The position numbers and the translations under genes were made by a program. Positions 8,834-16,308 of a DNA stretch of 20,000 bases are shown one piece after another. Each line of letters begins with the position of its first letter. Position 1 is the stretch's first letter. The notes beneath the pieces are model-generated. The model was not told where the DNA came from, made no database searches, and worked only from the letters and a program-made list of their open reading frames with translations. Location of the stretch: sequence record SRR20825010_3726. One strand, given 5' to 3'.

Positions 8834-8839
8834 TATAAT
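8834..8839 (+). promoter_or_regulatory. Possible -10 element of the diguanylate cyclase promoter
   Basis: Perfect TATAAT in an AT-rich intergenic patch 40 nt before ATG 8879; no convincing -35. Confidence 0.35.
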
Positions 8840-8878
8840 TGTACTACTGTACTATTTGGCGACAGGTAAGCCCGCTGT

Positions 8879-11152
8879 ATGCAGATGTTGTACTCCCTAA
8901 ACGCCGTAAGGCTGATGCTCCTGATCGCTTTTAGCTTTTTGGTGCCTTCGGCGGCGTATGCGGCAGTGGACCTGGACGAGGGATGGGAATATCGGTGGGG
9001 CGATTCTCCATTGACCGAGGATGGGGTGCCGGAGTGGACTCTGGGTCAGGCCCCCTGGCAATGGAACGCTATCAGCTTTCCATCCAACCCGCCTGGTCGC
9101 AACGGACAAGAACATGTGTGGTATCGCATCACCCTTCCGGAGGGCGAGTGGCAGGAGCCGGTTCTGTATATCTACAGTGTCGATCTGATTGTCCAGGTCT
9201 GGCTCGACGGCGAGAACATCTACCAGTACGGCACGTTTGATGATCAGGGCCGGGGGCGTTTTGAAGGTTGGCCCTGGCACGCGATTCCGCTGCCCGAAGA
9301 GTTTGCGGGTACGCCGATCTACTTTCGCATTTTCTCTGATTACACCGACATTGGTCTGTGGGGTGAAGTCTCCATTATGGAGCAGCCGGCCCTGACCCTG
9401 TTTATCGTGAAAAACTCCCTCGAAGCCCTGGTCATTTCCGGCTTTTCAGCCCTGATTGCCCTGCTAGCGATGATCTTTGCCCTGTTGCAAACGGAAAAGA
9501 AGAGTTTCGGCAGCATTGCCCTGTTCTCTTTGTCGTCCGCTGTTCTGCTTCTGTCCGACAGCCAGGCCAGTCAGTTGATCTGGAACCTGCCGATGATGTG
9601 GGACTATCTGGCCGCTGGTTCTTACTACATGCTGCCGGTGGCCATGGCATTGTTGCTGGAGCAGTGGTTCAGTGATCGCCGGCCCTGGTTGATTAATCTG
9701 GTCTGGAAGATTCACCTTGTCTACGCGGTGGTGGCGATAGGGCTGGCATTAATGGGTGTGGTTGACCTGTCATCAACGTACCCGCCGTTTGATGCGCTGC
9801 TGTTAGCGTCCCTTGCAACCGTCACGGTCGTTGTCGTAAAGCGGTTCAGACAACTGAAGATTGAACAGCAGATCATCCTCGCCGCTTATGGCGTGTTCTG
9901 CAGCCTGTTGGTGGTGGATATGGCCGTTGCCCACGGCGTCCTGCCCTGGGGGCGGGTACCGGTCAGTTGGGGAACGCTGGTCTTCTCGCTGGCCGTAGTG
10001 ATGATTTCCCTCTGGCATTATGCACGAACCCAACAGGCGCTCCATCGGTTGAACCTGTCGCTGGAGCAGCAGGTAACAGAGCGAACCCAGAAGGCGGAAT
10101 CGTTGGCTCGCCGTGAGCAGGCCAGGGTGAGGCTGCTCACGTTCGAGAATGAAAAAACCCGTGTTCTGAACGACATCAACGGGGAGCTGCAGGATTGCAT
10201 CAGCCTCAACCAGACGTTCCATATCCTGGCGCGACGACTTCCTGACCTGTGCAGCCCTCTGCGGGGAAGGCTATATCAGCGTGTGGAAAACGGCAGCGCC
10301 TATGAACTGTTGACTCGCTGGGGGTATGCCGGGGAACCGGAATCACCATTGCGCATCGAAACTCCTGAGGGCCCGCCGCCCCATAGCCAGATACCGGCCC
10401 GCCATGTTCAGGACCTGGATCAGTCCTGGTCCGGGTGGCAGAAGGGCGAGGATGAGTCATTGTGCCTGTGGATTAACTTGCAATCGGCAACCGAGGGGGC
10501 GGTGACAATGGCGCTGTTGTTTGTGGAAGTGCCGGACGAGTTTGCGGCTGACGGCACGGATTACGGCGTGGCCCGCTTGTTCCAGACGTTAAGTCAGGGG
10601 GTGCAGAAAATCGGTATCGCGCTCTCAAGCATCAGCTTGCGGGAGGAACTGCAGAAATACTCGTATGAGGATGCGCTCACCGGCCTGAAGAATCGCCGTT
10701 ATTTTGATCAGCTTCTGGAGCACGAGTCGGCGGTGGCCTTGCGTGGTGACCAGCCGCTGTCACTGCTGATGGTGGATATCGATCATTTCAAACGCTTTAA
10801 CGACACTCATGGCCACGAAGCCGGCGATTCCGCTCTGAAAGCCGTGGCCGGTGTGTTGGCGCGGCATTTCCGCGACAGCGATGTGGTCTGTCGTTTTGGA
10901 GGCGAGGAGTTTGTCATCATCATGGCCGGCTCCACCGCAAAAGCCGCTTACGATAAGGCGCGAGAACTGGCCCATGCCGTCCGTGCCATGCCGGTGGAAC
11001 ATGGTGGCTTTGAGTTGGGCCACGTAACCATATCGGTGGGGGTGTCCAGCTGGCCCGAGTGCAGCGACTCCCCAGACAGCTTGCTGGGACTTGCCGACCG
11101 GGCCCTTTACCGCGCCAAGGAGGCGGGCAGGGACCGGGTAGAAATTTCATAG
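8879..11152 (+). CDS. Membrane sensor diguanylate cyclase (periplasmic beta-rich domain, ~7 TM, coiled coil, GAF-like region, GGDEF)
   Basis: Signal peptide (..AAYA|A), an aromatic-rich extracytoplasmic region, about seven hydrophobic segments and an LEQQVTERT linker. The C-terminus has DALTGLKNRR, DIDHFKRFNDTHGHEAGD, RDSD-x5-GGEEF and ADRALYRAKEAGRD. Alternative starts at 8885 and 8914. Confidence 0.93.
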   Translation: MQMLYSLNAVRLMLLIAFSFLVPSAAYAAVDLDEGWEYRWGDSPLTEDGVPEWTLGQAPWQWNAISFPSNPPGRNGQEHVWYRITLPEGEWQEPVLYIYSVDLIVQVWLDGENIYQYGTFDDQGRGRFEGWPWHAIPLPEEFAGTPIYFRIFSDYTDIGLWGEVSIMEQPALTLFIVKNSLEALVISGFSALIALLAMIFALLQTEKKSFGSIALFSLSSAVLLLSDSQASQLIWNLPMMWDYLAAGSYYMLPVAMALLLEQWFSDRRPWLINLVWKIHLVYAVVAIGLALMGVVDLSSTYPPFDALLLASLATVTVVVVKRFRQLKIEQQIILAAYGVFCSLLVVDMAVAHGVLPWGRVPVSWGTLVFSLAVVMISLWHYARTQQALHRLNLSLEQQVTERTQKAESLARREQARVRLLTFENEKTRVLNDINGELQDCISLNQTFHILARRLPDLCSPLRGRLYQRVENGSAYELLTRWGYAGEPESPLRIETPEGPPPHSQIPARHVQDLDQSWSGWQKGEDESLCLWINLQSATEGAVTMALLFVEVPDEFAADGTDYGVARLFQTLSQGVQKIGIALSSISLREELQKYSYEDALTGLKNRRYFDQLLEHESAVALRGDQPLSLLMVDIDHFKRFNDTHGHEAGDSALKAVAGVLARHFRDSDVVCRFGGEEFVIIMAGSTAKAAYDKARELAHAVRAMPVEHGGFELGHVTISVGVSSWPECSDSPDSLLGLADRALYRAKEAGRDRVEIS

Positions 11153-11167
11153 GCGCCGGAACGGGTA

Positions 11168-12580
11168 CTAATGCCAGATGTTGCCGTCGATCTTTTCGTG
11201 CAGCTCAGGGTAGTCTTTTGATTTGAAGTGGGGTACCTCGCCCTGTTTGCGCTGGGCAAGATAGTCTTTTGTCAGCTTCACCACCGTACCTGAAAGCATG
11301 ACAATGGCAATCAGGTTGATGGTTGCCATCAGACCCATGGATGCGTCAGCGGCGTTGAAAACAGTCACCACCGCCTCGTAACTGCCCCATACAACCATCC
11401 CCAGGACGGCAGAGCGAAGCAGTGTAATGGCGATGGTACTGTCACCGCCAAGGTGAATCAGGGCATTCTCTGCGTAGGTGTAGTTGGCGACAATGGACGT
11501 GAATGCAAAGAACAGGATGGCAATGGCGATGAAATAGGCGCCAGACTCGCCAATGTGGCTTTGCATGGCATCCTGGGTAAGCTGGGTTCCGGTAATGCCG
11601 GAGCCCGGTTCCATGACGCCGGAGAGCAAAATCATCACTGCTGTTGCGGTGCAGATAATGATGGTGTCGACAAACACGCCAAACGCCTGCACCAATCCCT
11701 GGGATGACGGGTGGTGGGGCGCTGGTGTGGCCGTTGCCGCAATGTTGGGCGCCGAGCCCATGCCGGCCTCGTTGGAGAACAGCCCGCGCTTGATACCATT
11801 GAGCATGGCGGCGGTAATGGAACCCGCTGCGCCGCCGGCGGCTTCTTCCAGCCCGAAGGCGCTCTTTACGATGGTCATCAGCACGCCCGGCACTTCAGTG
11901 ATGTTAATGGCCATAATCACCAGAGCAATAAGCACATAGAGACCCGCCATCAGCGGCACTACCAGTTCTGCGAACCGGACGATGGAGCGCAGGCCACCAA
12001 AGATGACAATGCCCGCGAGAACAGCGATCACAATGCCAACCCAAATCTTGGGCACTCCAAAGGCACCCTGCATGGCATCGGCAATGGAATTTGCCTGAAC
12101 AGCGTTGAAGACCAGTCCGAAGGACAGGATCAGGCAGACGGCAAAAATACTGCCCGCCCACGGCGCCTTCAGGCCCTTGGTTATGTAGACCGCAGGCCCA
12201 CCCCGATACTGGCCTTTGCCATCACGTACCTTGTAGAGCTGTGCCAGCGTGCTCTCCGCGTAGCCGGTTGCCATACCGACCAGGGCGACCATCCACATCC
12301 AGAAGATGGCGCCAGCACCGCCAAGATACAGGGCCACCGCGACACCGGCGAGGTTGCCGGTGCCCACGCGAGAGGCAAGGCTGGTGCATAGGGCCTGGAA
12401 CGGCGATATACCGTGGACATCGCTGTCACGGGAGCCACGAATGGCGCGGATCATTTCCCCAAAATTGAGGAATTGCAGAAAACCCAGACGGATGGTGAAA
12501 AAGACACCAACGCCCAGCAGGCCGTAGACCAGAACGTAGCCCCACAGAATGGAGTTCAGCGAATCTACGATAGTGGTCAT
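11168..12580 (-). CDS. Alanine/glycine:cation symporter (AGCS, AlsT/YaaJ family)
   Basis: Family motifs SPFQAL..SLASRVGTGNLAGVA, GAIFWMW, E.TLAQLYK, YRGGP, GIKRGLFSNEAGMGSAPN, GVFVDTIIICTAT, FAFTS. Confidence 0.95.
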   Translation of the reverse strand: MTTIVDSLNSILWGYVLVYGLLGVGVFFTIRLGFLQFLNFGEMIRAIRGSRDSDVHGISPFQALCTSLASRVGTGNLAGVAVALYLGGAGAIFWMWMVALVGMATGYAESTLAQLYKVRDGKGQYRGGPAVYITKGLKAPWAGSIFAVCLILSFGLVFNAVQANSIADAMQGAFGVPKIWVGIVIAVLAGIVIFGGLRSIVRFAELVVPLMAGLYVLIALVIMAINITEVPGVLMTIVKSAFGLEEAAGGAAGSITAAMLNGIKRGLFSNEAGMGSAPNIAATATPAPHHPSSQGLVQAFGVFVDTIIICTATAVMILLSGVMEPGSGITGTQLTQDAMQSHIGESGAYFIAIAILFFAFTSIVANYTYAENALIHLGGDSTIAITLLRSAVLGMVVWGSYEAVVTVFNAADASMGLMATINLIAIVMLSGTVVKLTKDYLAQRKQGEVPHFKSKDYPELHEKIDGNIWH

Positions 12581-12603
12581 AGTTCTTCCTTAAACAGTTG
12601 TCG

Positions 12604-13044
12604 TTAAACTACCAGCACTGGACATTTCGCCTTGGAAGCGACGCGGTGGGACACGCTGCCAAGCAGCATGCCCTCTTTATCGCTGTGAGTGCCCCGGGTA
12701 CCGACCACAATCAGGTCTACCTCCTTGTCCTTGGCAAACTTGACGATCACGCTGGAAGGACGGCCGGCTTTAACAAAGCCCCGAACCTTTACCGCCCCCT
12801 TTTCCTTGGCCTTTTCCTTGGCATGGTTGACGATCTCCTTGGCGTATTCCGATAGCACCTTGTCAGGGATATCCATGCTATCGGGCCGGCCAATCGACAG
12901 AGATGCCTCAAACAGGCTGTGATGCTTGTAAACACAGATCAGATAGATCTCGGTGTCCATGAGTTTCTGTAGCTCAATGGCCTTGTCCATGGCCTTGAAG
13001 GATGACTTGGAACCGTCAACGGCCACCAGAATTTTCTTGAACAT
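12604..13044 (-). CDS. teaD: Universal stress protein of the ectoine TRAP operon
   Basis: USP fold (KKILVAVDGS...IVVGTRG...LLGSVSHRVA...CPVLVV), with the HHSLFEASLS segment I recall from Halomonas TeaD; follows teaC. Confidence 0.88.
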   Translation of the reverse strand: MFKKILVAVDGSKSSFKAMDKAIELQKLMDTEIYLICVYKHHSLFEASLSIGRPDSMDIPDKVLSEYAKEIVNHAKEKAKEKGAVKVRGFVKAGRPSSVIVKFAKDKEVDLIVVGTRGTHSDKEGMLLGSVSHRVASKAKCPVLVV

Positions 13045-13077
13045 TTCACTCTCCCTGAAGTCCGGTCTCTATATCCC

Positions 13078-14361
13078 TCAGCGGAACGCAACGTCACGAA
13101 GGAACAGCGCAATTTGCGGGAAGGCGATGATCAGCCCGGCCGCTGCCACCAGCATAAAGACGAACGGTGGCGTACCACGGATGACTTCCCAGTATGGGCG
13201 CTTGAATATGGCGATGGCGGTGAATATGTCACAACCAAAGGGTGGCGTTGCAGAGCCTATGGCGACCTGCAGTGTAATCAGAACCCCGACGAGCACTGGG
13301 TCCAGACCGGTGGCTTCGATCGCCGGTGCAAAGATCGGCGTCAGCACCAGTATCACCACGATCGGGTCAACAAACATGCAGGCAACAAAGAAGGCGATAC
13401 AGATCGCAATCAGGACACCTACCGGGCCGGCTTCATTGACGCCAACTGCTTCCAGTATTGTTTGTGGAATCTGTGCAAACGAGATAATCCAGGAAAAGCC
13501 GTTGCCCACGGCAACCAGTATGAAAACCACAGCGGTAATCAGGCCGGTGGACTTGGCAATCCGATAGATATCCGGCAATTTCAGCGAGCGGAACACCACG
13601 AATTCGAGTAAGAAGGCGTACAGCACGCACACAGCGGCGGCCTCCGTAGGGCTGAAAATACCGCCGTAGATACCACCAACAATGATGACCGGGAAGAAAA
13701 GAGGCCATAGTGCTTCGCGGACGGCGACCCCCCGTTCTCTCCAGCCGGCCCTTTCCTCGGTGGGGACCTTGTTAATGTAGGCATAGATCAGGCAGTAGAT
13801 TGAAAACATCATCAGAATCATGACGCCCGGGCCGATGCCTGCAATGAACAGTTCGGCAATGGAGGTTCCGGAAATAACCCCGTAGATAATGAAGCCGATA
13901 CTGGGGGGGATCAAAAAGGCAATGTCACTGGAATTGATGATCAGCGCCAGGGAGAACGAGTCGGAATAGCCCGCTTTAAGCAGTTTGGGACGCAAGGGAG
14001 AACCAACAGCCACAACCGTCGCCTGGGTGGAGCCGGATACCGCACCAAAGAGGGTACACGAGGTGGCTGTACTGATCGCCAGCCCGCCTTTGATGTGCCC
14101 GATAAAGGCCATCACCATATGGATAAGGCGGTCGGCGGACTGCCCGCGAGTCATGATATCAGCCGCCAGAATGAACATGGGCACAGCAATCAAAGAGGCT
14201 GGACGGATACCTCCCATCATTTGCTGGACGAACGTGCCCATCTGGCCGAAGCCATCAAACATCATTACAAAACCGACCACCGCACCGGTAATCAGCGGAA
14301 CCATCATCGGGAAGCCCAGGAGCAGCAGCCCGATCATGATTACCATCATTATAGTCGCCAT
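13078..14361 (-). CDS. teaC: TRAP transporter large permease (DctM), ectoine uptake
   Basis: 427 aa, highly hydrophobic; AVPMFILAA, FGAVSGS, LIPPSI, GGIFSPTEAAA, TPPFG; operon context. Confidence 0.9.
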   Translation of the reverse strand: MATIMMVIMIGLLLLGFPMMVPLITGAVVGFVMMFDGFGQMGTFVQQMMGGIRPASLIAVPMFILAADIMTRGQSADRLIHMVMAFIGHIKGGLAISTATSCTLFGAVSGSTQATVVAVGSPLRPKLLKAGYSDSFSLALIINSSDIAFLIPPSIGFIIYGVISGTSIAELFIAGIGPGVMILMMFSIYCLIYAYINKVPTEERAGWRERGVAVREALWPLFFPVIIVGGIYGGIFSPTEAAAVCVLYAFLLEFVVFRSLKLPDIYRIAKSTGLITAVVFILVAVGNGFSWIISFAQIPQTILEAVGVNEAGPVGVLIAICIAFFVACMFVDPIVVILVLTPIFAPAIEATGLDPVLVGVLITLQVAIGSATPPFGCDIFTAIAIFKRPYWEVIRGTPPFVFMLVAAAGLIIAFPQIALFLRDVAFR

Positions 14362-14394
14362 GAGTTTCTATCCTTTGTTAAAGCAGCTGCAGGT

Positions 14395-14988
14395 TCAGAC
14401 TTCCGACTCACTATCAGAGTAGCCGTCGATCACACCAGTGGAGAGATAAACATCCTTGCTGGTGAGATTCTTGATCGCTGTGAGGAAATACTGAATGCCG
14501 GTAATCGCAAAGCCCACTGGCGCCCAAACGTAAATCCACCAGATCTCAAAGCCCAACGCAGGGAGAATTCGCCCACGGCTGTAAAGGGTCTCGACGTATC
14601 CATAGGAGTGGTAGCAGAGGAAGAACATTACCAAAGAGGTAAACAGGGCGATGAAAATCATCAGTACTTTGCGCCCTTTTGGCGGGATCGCATCATAAAC
14701 CGCAGACATGCGGATATGGCGGCCATGGCGGGCCGCGTAGCCGATGCCGGCAAACGTAATCAGGATAATAAGAATCCGGTTAATCTCGCCGGAGAAAAAC
14801 AGGCCTTCTCCAAAGACAAAGCGTGCAATAACGTTGATGCATGTGTTGACGGCCATAAGGATGACGCCAACTGCGAGCATCACGGCCTCAGTTTTGGCAA
14901 TAACTTCATCAATGGTTCCCAGAAACCCGGGCAGGCCGGACTCGTAGGTGCCGGTATCGTCTTCTAGATCCGGGGAGTTCTCGGACAT
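14395..14988 (-). CDS. teaB: TRAP transporter small permease (DctQ), ectoine uptake
   Basis: Four TM segments; NVIARF, GEINR, GIGYAARHGRHIRM; GGAG RBS; lies between teaA and teaC. Confidence 0.9.
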   Translation of the reverse strand: MSENSPDLEDDTGTYESGLPGFLGTIDEVIAKTEAVMLAVGVILMAVNTCINVIARFVFGEGLFFSGEINRILIILITFAGIGYAARHGRHIRMSAVYDAIPPKGRKVLMIFIALFTSLVMFFLCYHSYGYVETLYSRGRILPALGFEIWWIYVWAPVGFAITGIQYFLTAIKNLTSKDVYLSTGVIDGYSDSESEV

Positions 14989-15049
14989 GGGGGGTTGCTC
15001 CAGAACATATCGCTCCCAGCCGGCAGGAGGTCCCCGGCGGGGCGGGGTT

Positions 15050-15084
15050 AAAACAGATTCCCGCCGGGCAGGGCCGGCGGGAAT
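15050..15084 (-). terminator. Intergenic stem-loop after teaA (partial terminator or mRNA stabiliser)
   Basis: 11-bp perfect stem ATTCCCGCCGG(15057-15067)/CCGGCGGGAAT(15074-15084) with a 6-nt loop, followed on the minus strand by CTGTTTT. Confidence 0.65.
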
Positions 15085-15097
15085 GGTTCCTTCAGGA

Positions 15098-16126
15098 TCA
15101 GTTGCTCTGAACTTCCTTGAGGTCTTCCTTGAACTGGTTCAGCAGTTCTTTACCGCTTTCGCCAGTCATCTCGATGAACTTCTCTTCAACCTGCGGCGCG
15201 CGGGCCTTGAAGGCTTCGATCTGTTCGTCGTTCAGGCGAGTGACGGTGACTTCGTCGCTGGCTTTCTGGATCTTCTCAAGGGCTTCTTCAGCGAGACCAT
15301 CGATGTGAACGATGATTTTCTCGAACGCATGGTCAGCGGCGTCCTCAACAAGCTTCTTGTCTTCGTCGGACAGGCCGTCGTAGAAGTTCTTGTTGGCCAT
15401 CATGGCAGTGGTGAACCAACCGTGGCTGGTGAAGACAAGGTTCGGGGAAACTTCATAAAGACCGCCGGATTCGATCCAGAAAATCGGGTTTTCCTGACCC
15501 TGGATCATGTTGGTCTGCAGAGCACCGTACACTTCACCCCAAGGTAGTGGCGTGGGGGTTGCACCAAACGCTGAATAGGTTTCCGACAGCAGCGGGTTGG
15601 TCATGACACGGATCTTCTTGTTATTGAAGTCTTCCGGCTCGGTGACGGGCTCGTCCACCGTTACAACCATTTCGCCTTCCGGGTACATCTGCAGAAGCTC
15701 CAGACCATTCTGGGCATACAGCTCCGGGAAGTCCTCGTTGATCGCCTCACTTTCACGGAAGAACTTGATCACCGTGTCCATGTCGGTCGGCATCAGGTAA
15801 GGAATGAAGAAAATCTGCGCTTCCGGAATCAGCGAGCCAGTGAAGCCGGGAGACTGGTTGACGAAGTTAAGGATGCCAGCCTGGGTCTGCTCCATGATGT
15901 CGTCGGATTCGCCGAGCTCACCAAAACGATAAATCTGCACAGTGTGGTCGGAGTTGTCTTCGATGTATTCCTTGAAGTCGTAAGCGAATACGTCCTGGAC
16001 ATCACCTTCATATTCTTCGTGTGCATAGCGCCAGTTGGCAGCATTCACCGAATTCGCCGCTGTCATTGCGGCAAAGGCAAACGCAGAAAATCCGGCCAGT
16101 TTCTTGAACTTGCTCATGGTGCTCAT
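15098..16126 (-). CDS. teaA: Ectoine/hydroxyectoine TRAP substrate-binding protein
   Basis: The mature N-terminus NWRYAHEEYEGDVQDVF...GELGESDDIMEQTQAGIL..VNQSPGFTGSLIP and the segment QENPIFWIESGGLYEVSPNL closely match Halomonas elongata TeaA as I recall it. GGAG 8 nt before ATG 16126; gene order SBP-DctQ-DctM-USP. Confidence 0.92.
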   Translation of the reverse strand: MSTMSKFKKLAGFSAFAFAAMTAANSVNAANWRYAHEEYEGDVQDVFAYDFKEYIEDNSDHTVQIYRFGELGESDDIMEQTQAGILNFVNQSPGFTGSLIPEAQIFFIPYLMPTDMDTVIKFFRESEAINEDFPELYAQNGLELLQMYPEGEMVVTVDEPVTEPEDFNNKKIRVMTNPLLSETYSAFGATPTPLPWGEVYGALQTNMIQGQENPIFWIESGGLYEVSPNLVFTSHGWFTTAMMANKNFYDGLSDEDKKLVEDAADHAFEKIIVHIDGLAEEALEKIQKASDEVTVTRLNDEQIEAFKARAPQVEEKFIEMTGESGKELLNQFKEDLKEVQSN

Positions 16127-16308
16127 CGCGTTGTCTCCGCTTATTTTTTTGCTGAAATGATCTGTTACATTTATTTAGACTGGCAAAACAATCCCGATTT
16201 CGCAAGAAATTGGCGAATTTACCTGGGGCCGAAAGCGACGCGTTCCGGTCGCCCATGCAAGTTGTGGTAGGCTTTTGTTTCTTACCGGAAACAACACACA
16301 GGGCAGGT

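Noticed and set aside
8847..8865. LexA box-like CTGT...ACAG upstream of the cyclase
   Set aside because: The spacer is 11 nt rather than the 8 nt of the gammaproteobacterial SOS box.
13078..14988. TeaBC acting as the membrane partner of the orphan TakP-like SBP
   Set aside because: TeaBC has its cognate TeaA in the same operon, and the two SBPs belong to different subfamilies; nothing in the sequence supports sharing.
16210..16308. 33-aa N-terminal extension of RecC from TTG 16210
   Set aside because: RecC-like sequence starts just after ATG 16309, which has a purine-rich upstream stretch; the extension would occupy the divergent promoter region.
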